DNA from: Auanema rhodensis
Lineage: Eukaryota; Animalia; Nematoda
Length of the DNA stretch: 64,000 nucleotides
NCBI GenBank assembly: GCA_964057225.1
Contig: CAXKVF010000087.1
Coordinates: forward strand, 162,936 to 226,935
Direction of reading: 5' to 3'
The position numbers and the translations under genes were made by a program. The notes below the pieces were generated by a model. The model was given only the letters and a program-made list of their open reading frames with translations, had not been told where the DNA came from and ran no database searches. Below, piece by piece: positions 44,177-60,014 of the stretch (position 1 is its first letter; every line of letters starts with the position of its first letter).

Positions 44177-47100
44177 GTAACCATGACTTTGAAATTTACG
44201 TGAACTTTAATTTATGCTAATTAAATGTACACGTGATGTGCACTTGGTATGTAACTCGCTTCACGTGAAAGATAAAGAGATGCGGTTTTCAAAATTAGAT
44301 TCCCCATGTCCATATTAGTCTAAAAACAAATTTTTATTGATATTGGTGCATGGTAACCATGACTTTGAAATTTACGTGAACTTTAATTTATGCTAATTAA
44401 ATGTACACGTGATGTGCACTTGGTATGTAACTCGCTTCACGTGAAAGATAAAGAGATGCGGTTTTCAAAATTAGATTCCCCATGTCCATATTAGTCTAAA
44501 AACAAATTTTTATTGATATTGGTGCATGGTAACCATGACTTTGAAATTTACGTGAACTTTAATTTATGCTAATTAAATGTACACGTGATGTGCACTTGGT
44601 ATGTAACTCGCTTCACGTGAAAGATAAAGAGATGCGGTTTTCAAAATTAGATTCCCCATGTCCATATTAGTCTAAAAACAAATTTTTATTGATATTGGTG
44701 CATGGTAACCATGACTTTGAAATTTACGTGAACTTTAATTTATGCTAATTAAATGTACACGTGATGTGCACTTGGTATGTAACTCGCTTCACGTGAAAGA
44801 TAAAGAGATGCGGTTTTCAAAATTAGATTCCCCATGTCCATATTAGTCTAAAAACAAATTTTTATTGATATTGGTTCATGGTAACCATGACTTTGAAATT
44901 TACGTGAACTTTAATTTATGCTAATTAAATGTACACGTGATGTGCACTTGGTATGTAACTCGCTTCACGTGAAAGATAAAGAGATGCGGTTTTCAAAATT
45001 AGATTCCCCATGTCCATATTAGTCTAAAAACAAATTTTTATTGATATTGGTGCATGGTAACCATGACTTTGAAATTTACGTGAACTTTAATTTATGCTAA
45101 TTAAATGTACACGTGATGTGCACTTGGTATGTAACTCGCTTCACGTGAAAGATAAAGAGATGCGGTTTTCAAAATTAGATTCCCCATGTCCATATTAGTC
45201 TAAAAACAAATTTTTATTGATATTGGTTCATGGTAACCATGACTTTGAAATTTACGTGAACTTTAATTTATGCTTATTAAATGTACACGTGATGTGCACT
45301 TGGTATGTAACTCGCTTCACGTGAAAGATAAAGAGATGCGGTTTTCAAAATTGGATTCCCCATGTCCATATTAGTCTAAAAACAAATTTTTATTGATATT
45401 GGTTCATGGTAACCATGACTTTGAAATTTACGTGAACTTTAATTTATGCTAATTAAATGTACACGTGATGTGCACTTGGTATGTAACTCGCTTCACGTGA
45501 AAGATAAAGAGATGCGGTTTTCAAAATTAGATTCCCCATGTCCATATTAGTCTAAAAACAAATTTTTATTGATATTGCTTCATGGTAACCATGACTTTGA
45601 AATTTACGTGAACTTTAATTTATGCTAATTGAATGTACACGTGATGTGCACTTGGTATGTAACTCGCTTCACGTGAAAGATAAAGAGATGCGGTTTTCAA
45701 AATTAGATTCCCCATGTCCATATTAGTCTAAAAACAAATTTTTATTGATATTGGTTCATGGTAACCATGACTTTGAAATTTACGTGAACTTTAATTTATG
45801 CTAATTGAATGTACACGTGATGTGCACTTGGTATGTAACTCGCTTCACGTGAAAGATAAAGAAATGCGGTTTTCAAAATTAGATTCCCCATGTCCATATT
45901 AGTCTAAAAACAAATTTTTATTGATATTGGTTCATGGTAACCATGACTTTGAAATTTACGTGAACTTTAATTTATGCTAATTAAATGTACACGTGATGTG
46001 CACTTGGTATGTAACTCGCTTCACGTGAAAGATAAAGAGATGCGGTTTTCAAAATTAGATTCCCCATGTCCATATTAGTCTAAAAACAAATTTTTATTGA
46101 TATTGGTGCATGGTAACCATGACTTTGAAATTTACGTGAACTTTAATTTATGCTAATTAAATGTACACGTGATGTGCACTTGGTATGTAACTCGCTTCAC
46201 GTGAAAGATGAAGAGATGCGGTTTTCAAAATTAGATTCCCCATGTCCATATTAGTCTAAAAACAAATTTTTATTGATATTGGTTCATGGTAACCATGACT
46301 TTGAAATTTACGTGAACTTTAATTAATGCTAATTAAATGTACACGTGATGTGCACTTGGTATGTAACTCGCTTCACGTGAAAGATAAAGAGATGCGGTTT
46401 TCAAAATTAGATTCCCCATGTCCATATTAGTCTAAAAACAAATTTTTATTGATATTGCTTCATGGTAACCATGACTTTGAAATTTACGTGAACTTTAATT
46501 TATGCTAATTAAATGTACACGTGATGTGCACTTGGTATGTAACTCGCTTCACGTGAAAGATAAAGAGATGCGGTTTTCAAACTTAGATTCCCCATGTCCA
46601 TATTAGTCTAAAAACAAATTTTTATTGATATTGGTTCATGGTAACCATGACTTTGAATTTTACGTGAACTTTAATTTATGCTAATTAAATGTACACGTGA
46701 TGTGCACTTGGTATGTAACTCGCTTCACGTGAAAGATAAAGAGATGCGGTTTTCAAAATTAGATTCCCCATGTCCATATTAGTCTAAAAACGAATTTTTA
46801 TTGGTATTGCTTCATGGTAACCATGACTTTGAAATTTACGTGAACTTTAATTTATGCTAATTAAATGTACACGTGATGTGCACTTGGTATGTAACTCGCT
46901 TCACGTGAAAGATAAAGAGATGCGGTTTTCAAAATTAGATTCCCCATGTCCATATTAGTCTAAAAACAAATTTTTATTGATATTGGTTCATGGTAACCAT
47001 GACTTTGAATTTTACGTGAACTTTAATTTATGCTAATTAAATGTACACGTGATGTGCACTTGGTATGTAACTCGCTTCACGTGAAAGATAAAGAAATGCG

Positions 47101-47520
47101 GTTTTCAAAATTAGATTCCCCATGTCCATATTAGTCTAAAAACAAATTTTTATTGATATTGGTTCATGGTAACCATGACTTTGAAATTTACGTGAACTTT
47201 AATTTATGCTAATTAAATGTACACGTGATGTGCACTTGGTATGTAACTCGCTTCACGTGAAAGATAAAGAGATGCGGTTTTCAAAATTAGATTCCCCATG
47301 TCCATATTAGTCTAAAAACAAATTTTTATTGATATTGCTTCATGGTAACCATGACTTTGAAATTTACGTGAACTTTAATTTATGCTAATTAAATGTACAC
47401 GTGATGTGCACTTGGTATGTAACTCGCTTCACGTGAAAGATAAAGAGATGCGGTTTTCAAAATTAGATTCCCCATGTCCATATTAGTCTAAAAACAAATT
47501 TTTATTGATATTGCTTCATG

Positions 47521-49632
47521 GTAACCATGACTTTGAAATTTACGTGAACTTTAATTTATGCTAATTAAATGTACACGTGATGTGCACTTGGTATGTAACT
47601 CGCTTCACGTGAAAGATAAAGAGATGCGGTTTTCAAAATTAGATTCCCCATGTCCATATTAGTCTAAAAACAAATTTTTATTGATATTGGTGCATGGTAA
47701 CCATGACTTTGAAATTTACGTGAACTTTAATTTATGCTAATTAAATGTACACGTGATGTGCACTTGGTATGTAACTCGCTTCACGTGAAAGATAAAGAGA
47801 TGCGGTTTTCAAAATTAGATTCCCCATGTCCATATTAGTCTAAAAACAAATTTTTATTGATATTGCTTCATGGTAACCATGACTTTGAAATTTACGTGAA
47901 CTTTAATTTATGCTAATTAAATGTACACGTGATGTGCACTTGGTATGTAACTCGCTTCACGTGAAAGATAAAGAGATGCGGTTTTCAAAATTAGATTCCC
48001 CATGTCCATATTAGTCTAAAAACAAATTTTTATTGATATTGCTTCATGGTAACCATGACTTTGAAATTTACGTGAACTTTAATTTATGCTAATTAAATGT
48101 ACACGTGATGTGCACTTGGTATGTAACTCGCTTCACGTGAAAGATAAAGAGATGCGGTTTTCAAAATTAGATTCCCCATGTCCATATTAGTCTAAAAACA
48201 AATTTTTATTGATATTGGTTCATGGTAACCATGACTTTGAATTTTACGTGAACTTTAATTTATGCTAATTAATTGTACACGTGATGTGCACTTGGTATGT
48301 AACTCGCTTCACGTGAAAGATAAAGAGATGCGGTTTTCAAAATTAGATTCCCCATGTACATATTAGTCTAAAAACAAATTTTTATTGATATTGGTTCATG
48401 GTAACCATGACTTTGAAATTTACGTGAACTTTAATTAATGCTAATTAAATGTACACGTGATGTGCACTTGGTATGTAACTCGCTTCACGTGAAAGATAAA
48501 GAGATGCGGTTTTCAAAATTAGATTCCCCATGTCCATATTAGTCTAAAAACAAATTTTTATTGATATTGCTTCATGGTAACCATGACTTTGAAATTTACG
48601 TGAACTTTAATTTATGCTAATTAAATGTACACGTGATGTGCACTTGGTATGTAACTCGCTTCACGTGAAAGATAAAGAGATGCGGTTTTCAAAATTAGAT
48701 TCCCCATGTCCATATTAGTCTAAAAACAAATTTTTATTGATATTGGTGCATGGTAACCATGACTTTGAAATTTACGTGAACTTTAATTTATGCTAATTAA
48801 ATGTACACGTGATGTGCACTTGGTATGTAACTCGCTTCACGTGAAAGATAAAGAGATGCGGTTTTCAAAATTAGATTCCCCATGTCCATATTAGTCTAAA
48901 AACAAATTTTTATTGATATTGCTTCATGGTAACCATGACTTTGAAATTTACGTGAACTTTAATTTATGCTAATTAAATGTACACGTGATGTGCACTTGGT
49001 ATGTAACTCGCTTCACGTGAAAGATAAAGAGATGCGGTTTTCAAAATTAGATTCCCCATGTCCATATTAGTCTAAAAACAAATTTTTATTGATATTGCTT
49101 CATGGTAACCATGACTTTGAAATTTACGTGAACTTTAATTTATGCTAATTAAATGTACACGTGATGTGCACTTGGTATGTAACTCGCTTCACGTGAAAGA
49201 TAAAGAGATGCGGTTTTCAAAATTAGATTCCCCATGTCCATATTAGTCTAAAAACAAATTTTTATTGATATTGGTTCATGGTAACCATGACTTTGAATTT
49301 TACGTGAACTTTAATTTATGCTAATTAATTGTACACGTGATGTGCACTTGGTATGTAACTCGCTTCACGTGAAAGATAAAGAGATGCGGTTTTCAAAATT
49401 AGATTCCCCATGTACATATTAGTCTAAAAACAAATTTTTATTGATATTGGTTCATGGTAACCATGACTTTGAAATTTACGTGAACTTTAATTAATGCTAA
49501 TTAAATGTACACGTGATGTGCACTTGGTATGTAACTCGCTTCACGTGAAAGATAAAGAGATGCGGTTTTCAAAATTAGATTCCCCATGTCCATATTAGTC
49601 TAAAAACAAATTTTTATTGATATTGCTTCATG
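47521..49632 (+). repeat. 6-mer tandem duplication
   Basis: A49T at 48273/49329, each with C134A; allele string G,C,C,T,T,C occurs twice. Confidence 0.9.
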
Positions 49633-51744
49633 GTAACCATGACTTTGAAATTTACGTGAACTTTAATTTATGCTAATTAAATGTACACGTGATGTGCACT
49701 TGGTATGTAACTCGCTTCACGTGAAAGATAAAGAGATGCGGTTTTCAAACTTAGATTCCCCATGTCCATATTAGTCTAAAAACAAATTTTTATTGATATT
49801 GGTTCATGGTAACCATGACTTTGAATTTTACGTGAACTTTAATTTATGCTAATTAAATGTACACGTGATGTGCACTTGGTATGTAACTCGCTTCACGTGA
49901 AAGATAAAGAGATGCGGTTTTCAAAATTAGATTCCCCATGTCCATATTAGTCTAAAAACAAATTTTTATTGATATTGCTTCATGGTAACCATGACTTTGA
50001 AATTTACGTGAACTTTAATTTATGCTAATTAAATGTACACGTGATGTGCACTTGGTATGTAACTCGCTTCACGTGAAAGATAAAGAGATGCGGTTTTCAA
50101 AATTAGATTCCCCATGTCCATATTAGTCTAAAAACAAATTTTTATTGATATTGGTTCATGGTAACCATGACTTTGAATTTTACGTGAACTTTAATTTATG
50201 CTAATTAAATGTACACGTGATGTGCACTTGGTATGTAACTCGCTTCACGTGAAAGATAAAGAAATGCGGTTTTCAAAATTAGATTCCCCATGTCCATATT
50301 AGTCTAAAAACAAATTTTTATTGATATTGGTTCATGGTAACCATGACTTTGAAATTTACGTGAACTTTAATTTATGCTAATTAAATGTACACGTGATGTG
50401 CACTTGGTATGTAACTCGCTTCACGTGAAAGATAAAGAGATGCGGTTTTCAAAATTAGATTCCCCATGTCCATATTAGTATAAAAACAAATTTTTATTGA
50501 TATTGCTTCATGGTAACCATGACTTTGAAATTTACGTGAACTTTAATTTATGCTAATTAAATGTACACGTGATGTGCACTTGGTATGTAACTCGCTTCAC
50601 GTGAAAGATAAAGAGATACGGTTTTCAAAATTAGATTCCCCCTGTCCATATTAGTCTAAAAACAAATTTTTATTGATATTGCTTCATGGTAACCATGACT
50701 TTGAAATTTACGTGAACTTTAATTTATGCTAATTAAATGTACACGTGATGTGCACTTGGTATGTAACTCGCTTCACGTGAAAGATAAAGAGATGCGGTTT
50801 TCAAACTTAGATTCCCCATGTCCATATTAGTCTAAAAACAAATTTTTATTGATATTGGTTCATGGTAACCATGACTTTGAATTTTACGTGAACTTTAATT
50901 TATGCTAATTAAATGTACACGTGATGTGCACTTGGTATGTAACTCGCTTCACGTGAAAGATAAAGAGATGCGGTTTTCAAAATTAGATTCCCCATGTCCA
51001 TATTAGTCTAAAAACAAATTTTTATTGATATTGCTTCATGGTAACCATGACTTTGAAATTTACGTGAACTTTAATTTATGCTAATTAAATGTACACGTGA
51101 TGTGCACTTGGTATGTAACTCGCTTCACGTGAAAGATAAAGAGATGCGGTTTTCAAAATTAGATTCCCCATGTCCATATTAGTCTAAAAACAAATTTTTA
51201 TTGATATTGGTTCATGGTAACCATGACTTTGAATTTTACGTGAACTTTAATTTATGCTAATTAAATGTACACGTGATGTGCACTTGGTATGTAACTCGCT
51301 TCACGTGAAAGATAAAGAAATGCGGTTTTCAAAATTAGATTCCCCATGTCCATATTAGTCTAAAAACAAATTTTTATTGATATTGGTTCATGGTAACCAT
51401 GACTTTGAAATTTACGTGAACTTTAATTTATGCTAATTAAATGTACACGTGATGTGCACTTGGTATGTAACTCGCTTCACGTGAAAGATAAAGAGATGCG
51501 GTTTTCAAAATTAGATTCCCCATGTCCATATTAGTATAAAAACAAATTTTTATTGATATTGCTTCATGGTAACCATGACTTTGAAATTTACGTGAACTTT
51601 AATTTATGCTAATTAAATGTACACGTGATGTGCACTTGGTATGTAACTCGCTTCACGTGAAAGATAAAGAGATACGGTTTTCAAAATTAGATTCCCCCTG
51701 TCCATATTAGTCTAAAAACAAATTTTTATTGATATTGCTTCATG
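49633..51744 (+). repeat. Second, directly adjacent 6-mer tandem duplication
   Basis: A118C at 49750/50806, C144A at 50480/51536, G106A at 50618/51674. Confidence 0.92.
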
Positions 51745-52448
51745 GTAACCATGACTTTGAAATTTACGTGAACTTTAATTTATGCTAATTAAATGTACAC
51801 GTGATGTGCACTTGGTATGTAACTCGCTTCACGTGAAAGATAAAGAGATGCGGTTTTCAAAATTAGATTCCCCATGTCCATATTAGTCTAAAAACAAATT
51901 TTTATTGATATTGCTTCATGGTAACCATGACTTTGAAATTTACGTGAACTTTAATTTATGCTAATTAAATGTACACGTGATGTGCACTTGGTATGTAACT
52001 CGCTTCACGTGAAAGATAAAGAGATGCGGTTTTCAAAATTAGATTCCCCATGTCCATATTAGTCTAAAAACAAATTTTTATTGATATTGCTTCATGGTAA
52101 CCATGACTTTGAAATTTACGTGAACTTTAATTTATGCTAATTAAATGTACACGTGATGTGCACTTGGTATGTAACTCGCTTCACGTGAAAGATAAAGAGA
52201 TGCGGTTTTCAAAATTAGATTCCCCATGTCCATATTAGTCTAAAAACAAATTTTTATTGATATTGGTTCATGGTAACCATGACTTTGAATTTTACGTGAA
52301 CTTTAATTTATGCTAATTAATTGTACACGTGATGTGCACTTGGTATTTAACTCGCTTCACGTGAAAGATAAAGAGATGCGGTTTTCAAAATTAGATTCCC
52401 CATGTACATATTAGTCTAAAAACAAATTTTTATTGATATTGGTTCATG

Positions 52449-53152
52449 GTAACCATGACTTTGAAATTTACGTGAACTTTAATTAATGCTAATTAAATGT
52501 ACACGTGATGTGCACTTGGTATGTAACTCGCTTCACGTGAAAGATAAAGAGATGCGGTTTTCAAAATTAGATTCCCCATGTCCATATTAGTCTAAAAACA
52601 AATTTTTATTGATATTGGTGCATGGTAACCATGACTTTGAAATTTACGTGAACTTTAATTTATGCTAATTAAATGTACACGTGATGTGCACTTGGTATGT
52701 AACTCGCTTCACGTGAAAGATAAAGAGATGCGGTTTTCAAAATTAGATTCCCCATGTACATATTAGTCTAAAAACAAATTTTTATTGATATTGCTTCATG
52801 GTAACCATGACTTTGAAATTTACGTGAACTTTAATTAATGCTAATTAAATGTACACGTGATGTGCACTTGGTATGTAACTCGCTTCACGTGAAAGATAAA
52901 GAGATGCGGTTTTCAAAATTAGATTCCCCATGTCCATATTAGTCTAAAAACAAATTTTTATTGATATTGGTGCATGGTAACCATGACTTTGAAATTTACG
53001 TGAACTTTAATTTATGCTAATTAAATGTACACGTGATGTGCACTTGGTATGTAACTCGCTTCACGTGAAAGATAAAGAGATGCGGTTTTCAAAATTAGAT
53101 TCCCCATGTACATATTAGTCTAAAAACAAATTTTTATTGATATTGCTTCATG
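52449..53152 (+). repeat. Dimer tandem duplication
   Basis: [T37A,GGTG][C134A,GCTT] twice; C134A at 52758/53110. Confidence 0.85.
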
Positions 53153-56100
53153 GTAACCATGACTTTGAAATTTACGTGAACTTTAATTTATGCTAATTAA
53201 ATGTACACGTGATGTGCACTTGGTATGTAACTCGCTTCACGTGAAAGATAAAGAGATGCGGTTTTCAAAATTAGATTCCCCATGTCCATATTAGTCTAAA
53301 AACAAATTTTTATTGATATTGCTTCATGGTAACCATGACTTTGAAATTTACGTGAACTTTAATTTATGCTAATTAAATGTACACGTATGTGCACTTGGTA
53401 TGTAACTCGCTTCACGTGAAAGATAAAGAGATGCGGTTTTCAAAATTAGATTCCCCATGTCCATATTAGTCTAAAAACAAATTTTTATTGATATTGGTGC
53501 ATGGTAACCATGACTTTGAAATTTACGTGAACTTTAATTTATGCTAATTAAATGTACACGTGATGTGCACTTGGTATGTAACTCGCTTCACGTGAAAGAT
53601 AAAGAGATGCGGTTTTCAAAATTAGATTCCCCATGTCCATATTAGTCTCAAAACAAATTTTTATTGATATTGGTTCATGGTAACCATGACTTTGAAATTT
53701 ACGTGAACTTTAATTTATGCTAATTAAATGTACACGTGATGTGCACTTGGTATGTAACTCGCTTCACGTGAAAGATAAAGAGATGCGGTTTTCAAAATTA
53801 GATTCCCCATGTCCATATTAGTCTAAAAACAAATTTTTATTGATATTGGTGCATGGTAACCATGACTTTGAAATTTACGTGAACTTTAATTTATTCTAAT
53901 TAAATGTACACGTGATGTGCACTTGGTATGTAACTCGCTTCACGTGAAAGATAAAGAGATGCGGTTTTCAAAATTAGATTCCCCATGTCCATATTAGTCT
54001 AAAAACAAATTTTTATTGATATTGGTGCATGGTAACCATGACTTTGAAATTTACGTGAACTTTAATTTATGCTAATTAAATGTACACGTGATGTGCACTT
54101 GGTATGTAACTCGCTTCACGTGAAAGATAAAGAGATGCGGTTTTCAAAATTAGATTCCCCATGTCCATATTAGTCTAAAAACAAATTTTTATTGATATTG
54201 GTTCATGGTAACCATGACTTTGAAATTTACGTGAACTTTAATTTATGCTAATTAAATGTACACGTGATGTGCACTTGGTATGTAACTCGCTTCACGTGAA
54301 AGATAAAGAGATGCGGTTTTCAAAATTAGATTCCCCATGTCCATATTAGTCTAAAAACAAATTTTTATTGATATTGGTTCATGGTAACCATGACTTTGAA
54401 TTTACGTGAACTTTAATTTATGCTAATTAAATGTACACGTGATGTGCACTTGGTATGTAACTCGCTTCACGTGAAAGATAAAGAAATGCGGTTTTCAAAA
54501 TTAGATTCCCCATGTCCATATTAGTCTAAAAACAAATTTTTATTGATATTGGTTCATGGTAACCATGACTTTGAAATTTACGTGAACTTTAATTTATGCT
54601 AATTAAATGTACACGTGATGTGCACTTGGTATGTAACTCGCTTCACGTGAAAGATAAAGAGATGCGGTTTTCAAAATTAGATTCCCCATGTCCATATTAG
54701 TCTAAAAACAAATTTTTATTGATATTGGTTCATGGTAACCATGACTTTGAAATTTACGTGAACTTTAATTTATGCTAATTAAATGTACACGTGATGTGCA
54801 CTTGGTATGTAACTCGCTTCACGTGAAAGATAAAGAGATGCGGTTTTCAAAATTAGATTCCCCATGTCCATATTAGTCTAAAAACAAATTTTTATCGATA
54901 TTGCTTCATGGTAACCATGACTTTGAAATTTACGTGAACTTTAATTTATGCTAATTAAATGTACACGTGATGTGCACTTGGTATGTAACTCGCTTCACGT
55001 GAAAGTTAAAGAGATGCGGTTTTCAAAATTAGATTCCCCATGTCCATATTAGTCTAAAAACAAATTTTTATTGATATTGGTTCATGGTAACCATGACTTT
55101 GAAATTTACGTGAACTTTAATTTATGCTAATTAAATGTACACGTGATGTGCACTTGGTATGTAACTCGCTTCACGTGAAAGATAAAGAAATGCGGTTTTC
55201 AAAATTAGATTCCCCATGTCCATATTAGTCTAAAAACAAATTTTTATTGATATTGGTTCATGGTAACCATGACTTTGAAATTTACGTGAACTTTAATTTA
55301 TGCTAATTAAATGTACACGTGATGTGCACTTGGTATGTAACTCGCTTCACGTGAAAGATAAAGAGATGCGGTTTTCAAAATTAGATTCCCCATGTCCATA
55401 TTAGTCTAAAAACAAATTTTTATTGATATTGCTTCATGGTAACCATGACTTTGAAATTTACGTGAACTTTAATTTATGCTAATTAAATGTACACGTGATG
55501 TGCACTTGGTATGTAACTCGCTTCACGTGAAAGATAAAGAGATGCGGTTTTCAAAATTAGATTCCCCATGTCCATATTAGTCTAAAAACAAATTTTTATT
55601 GATATTGGTTCATGGTAACCATGACTTTGAATTTTACGTGAACTTTAATTTATGCTAATTAAATGTACACGTGATGTGCACTTGGTATGTAACTCGCTTC
55701 ACGTGAAAGATAAAGAAATGCGGTTTTCAAAATTAGATTCCCCATGTCCATATTAGTCTAAAAACAAATTTTTATTGATATTGGTTCATGGTAACCATGA
55801 CTTTGAAATTTACGTGAACTTTAATTTATGCTAATTAAATGTACACGTGATGTGCACTTGGTATGTAACTCGCTTCACGTGAAAGATAAAGAGATGCGGT
55901 TTTCAAAATTAGATTCCCCATGTCCATATTAGTCTAAAAACAAATTTTTATTGATATTGCTTCATGGTAACCATGACTTTGAAATTTACGTGAACTTTAA
56001 TTTATGCTAATTAAATGTACACGTGATGTGCACTTGGTATGTAACTCGCTTCACGTGAAAGATAAAGAGATGCGGTTTTCAAAATTAGATTCCCCATGTC

Positions 56101-56670
56101 CATATTAGTCTAAAAACAAATTTTTATTGATATTGGTGCATGGTAACCATGACTTTGAAATTTACGTGAACTTTAATTTATGCTAATTAAATGTACACGT
56201 GATGTGCACTTGGTATGTAACTCGCTTCACGTGAAAGATAAAGAGATGCGGTTTTCAAAATTAGATTCCCCATGTCCATATTAGTCTAAAAACAAATTTT
56301 TATTGATATTGCTTCATGGTAACCATGACTTTGAAATTTACGTGAACTTTAATTTATGCTAATTAAATGTACACGTGATGTGCACTTGGTATGTAACTCG
56401 CTTCACGTGAAAGATAAAGAGATGCGGTTTTCAAAATTAGATTCCCCATGTCCATATTAGTCTAAAAACAAATTTTTATTGATATTGGTTCATGGTAACC
56501 ATGACTTTGAAATTTACGTGAACTTTAATTTATGCTAATTAAATGTACACGTGATGTGCACTTGGTATGTAACTCGCTTCACGTGAAAGATAAAGAGATG
56601 CGGTTTTCAAAATTAGATTCCCCATGTCCATATTAGTCTAAAAACAAATTTTTATTGATATTGCTTCATG

Positions 56671-59600
56671 GTAACCATGACTTTGAAATTTACGTGAACT
56701 TTAATTTATGCTAATTAAATGTACACGTGATGTGCACTTGGTATGTAACTCGCTTCACGTGAAAGATAAAGAGATGCGGTTTTCAAAATTAGATTCCCCA
56801 TGTCCATATTAGTCTAAAAACAAATTTTTATTGATATTGGTTCATGGTAACCATGACTTTGAAATTTACGTGAACTTTAATTTATGCTAATTAAATGTAC
56901 ACGTGATGTGCACTTGGTATGTAACTCGCTTCACGTGAAAGATAAAGAGATGCGGTTTTCAAAATTAGATTCCCCATGTCCATATTAGTCTAAAAACAAA
57001 TTTTTATTGATATTGCTTCATGGTAACCATGACTTTGAAATTTACGTGAACTTTAATTTATGCTAATTAAATGTACACGTGATGTGCACTTGGTATGTAA
57101 CTCGCTTCACGTGAAAGATAAAGAGATGCGGTTTTCAAAATTAGATTCCCCATGTCCATATTAGTCTAAAAACAAATTTTTATTGATATTGGTTCATGGT
57201 AACCATGACTTTGAATTTTACGTGAACTTTAATTTATGCTAATTAAATGTACACGTGATGTGCACTTGGTATGTAACTCGCTTCACGTGAAAGATAAAGA
57301 GATGCGGTTTTCAAAATTAGATTCCCCCTGTCCATATTAGTCTAAAAACAAATTTTTATTGATATTGCTTCATGGTAACCATGACTTTGAAATTTACGTG
57401 AACTTTAATTTATGCTAATTAAATGTACACGTGATGTGCACTTGGTATGTAACTCGCTTCACGTGAAAGATAAAGAGATGCGGTTTTCAAAATTAGATTC
57501 CCCCTGTCCATATTAGTCTAAAAACAAATTTTTATTGATATTGCTTCATGGTAACCATGACTTTGAAATTTACGTGAACTTTAATTTATGCTAATTAAAT
57601 GTACACGTGATGTGCACTTGGTATGTAACTCGCTTCACGTGAAAGATAAAGAGATGCGGTTTTCAAAATTAGATTCCCCATGTCCATATTAGTCTAAAAA
57701 CAAATTTTTATTGATATTGCTTCATGGTAACCATGACTTTGAAATTTACGTGAACTTTAATTTATGCTAATTAAATGTACACGTGATGTGCACTTGGTAT
57801 GTAACTCGCTTCACGTGAAAGATAAAGAGATGCGGTTTTCAAAATTAGATTCCCCATGTCCATATTAGTCTAAAAACAAATTTTTATTGATATTGGTGCA
57901 TGGTAACCATGACTTTGAAATTTACGTGAACTTTAATTTATGCTAATTAAATGTACACGTGATGTGCACTTGGTATGTAACTCGCTTCACGTGAAAGATA
58001 AAGAGATGCGGTTTTCAAAATTAGATTCCCCATGTCCATATTAGTCTAAAAACAAATTTTTATTGATATTGCTTCATGGTAACCATGACTTTGAAATTTA
58101 CGTGAACTTTAATTTATGCTAATTAAATGTACACGTGATGTGCACTTGGTATGTAACTCGCTTCACGTGAAAGATAAAGAGATGCGGTTTTCAAAATTAG
58201 ATTCCCCATGTCCATATTAGTCTAAAAACAAATTTTTATTGATATTGCTTCATGGTAACCATGACTTTGAAATTTACGTGAACTTTAATTTATGCTAATT
58301 AAATGTACACGTGATGTGCACTTGGTATGTAACTCGCTTCACGTGAAAGATAAAGAGATGCGGTTTTCAAAATTAGATTCCCCATGTCCATATTAGTCTA
58401 AAAACAAATTTTTATTGATATTGGTTCATGGTAACCATGACTTTGAAATTTACGTGAACTTTAATTTATGCTAATTAAATGTACACGTGATGTGCACTTG
58501 GTATGTAACTCGCTTCACTTGAAAGATAAAGAGATGCGGTTTTCAAAATTAGATTCCCCATGTCCATATTAGTCTAAAAACAAATTTTTATTGATATTGG
58601 TTCATGGTAACCATGACTTTGAAATTTACGTGAACTTTAATTTATGCTAATTAAATGTACACGTGATGTGCACTTGGTATGTAACTCGCTTCACGTGAAA
58701 GATAAAGAGATGCGGTTTTCAAAATTAGATTCCCCATGTCCATATTAGTCTAAAAACAAATTTTTATTGATATTGCTTCATGGTAACCATGACTTTGAAA
58801 TTTACGTGAACTTTAATTTATGCTAATTAAATGTACACGTGATGTGCACTTGGTATGTAACTCGCTTCACGTGAAAGATAAAGAGATGCGGTTTTCAAAA
58901 TTAGATTCCCCATGTCCATATTAGTCTAAAAACAAATTTTTATTGATATTGGTTCATGGTAACCATGACTTTGAATTTTACGTGAACTTTAATTTATGCT
59001 AATTAAATGTACACGTGATGTGCACTTGGTATGTAACTCGCTTCACGTGAAAGATAAAGAGATGCGGTTTTCAAAATTAGATTCCCCCTGTCCATATTAG
59101 TCTAAAAACAAATTTTTATTGATATTGCTTCATGGTAACCATGACTTTGAAATTTACGTGAACTTTAATTTATGCTAATTAAATGTACACGTGATGTGCA
59201 CTTGGTATGTAACTCGCTTCACGTGAAAGATAAAGAGATGCGGTTTTCAAAATTAGATTCCCCCTGTCCATATTAGTCTAAAAACAAATTTTTATTGATA
59301 TTGCTTCATGGTAACCATGACTTTGAAATTTACGTGAACTTTAATTTATGCTAATTAAATGTACACGTGATGTGCACTTGGTATGTAACTCGCTTCACGT
59401 GAAAGATAAAGAGATGCGGTTTTCAAAATTAGATTCCCCATGTCCATATTAGTCTAAAAACAAATTTTTATTGATATTGCTTCATGGTAACCATGACTTT
59501 GAAATTTACGTGAACTTTAATTTATGCTAATTAAATGTACACGTGATGTGCACTTGGTATGTAACTCGCTTCACGTGAAAGATAAAGAGATGCGGTTTTC

Positions 59601-60014
59601 AAAATTAGATTCCCCATGTCCATATTAGTCTAAAAACAAATTTTTATTGATATTGGTGCATGGTAACCATGACTTTGAAATTTACGTGAACTTTAATTTA
59701 TGCTAATTAAATGTACACGTGATGTGCACTTGGTATGTAACTCGCTTCACGTGAAAGATAAAGAGATGCGGTTTTCAAAATTAGATTCCCCATGTCCATA
59801 TTAGTCTAAAAACAAATTTTTATTGATATTGCTTCATGGTAACCATGACTTTGAAATTTACGTGAACTTTAATTTATGCTAATTAAATGTACACGTGATG
59901 TGCACTTGGTATGTAACTCGCTTCACGTGAAAGATAAAGAGATGCGGTTTTCAAAATTAGATTCCCCATGTCCATATTAGTCTAAAAACAAATTTTTATT
60001 GATATTGCTTCATG
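56671..60014 (+). repeat. 10-mer offset duplication (about 9 monomers matching)
   Basis: A18T+A130C monomer at 57216/58976, each followed by an A130C monomer; flanking junction alleles match. Confidence 0.8.
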
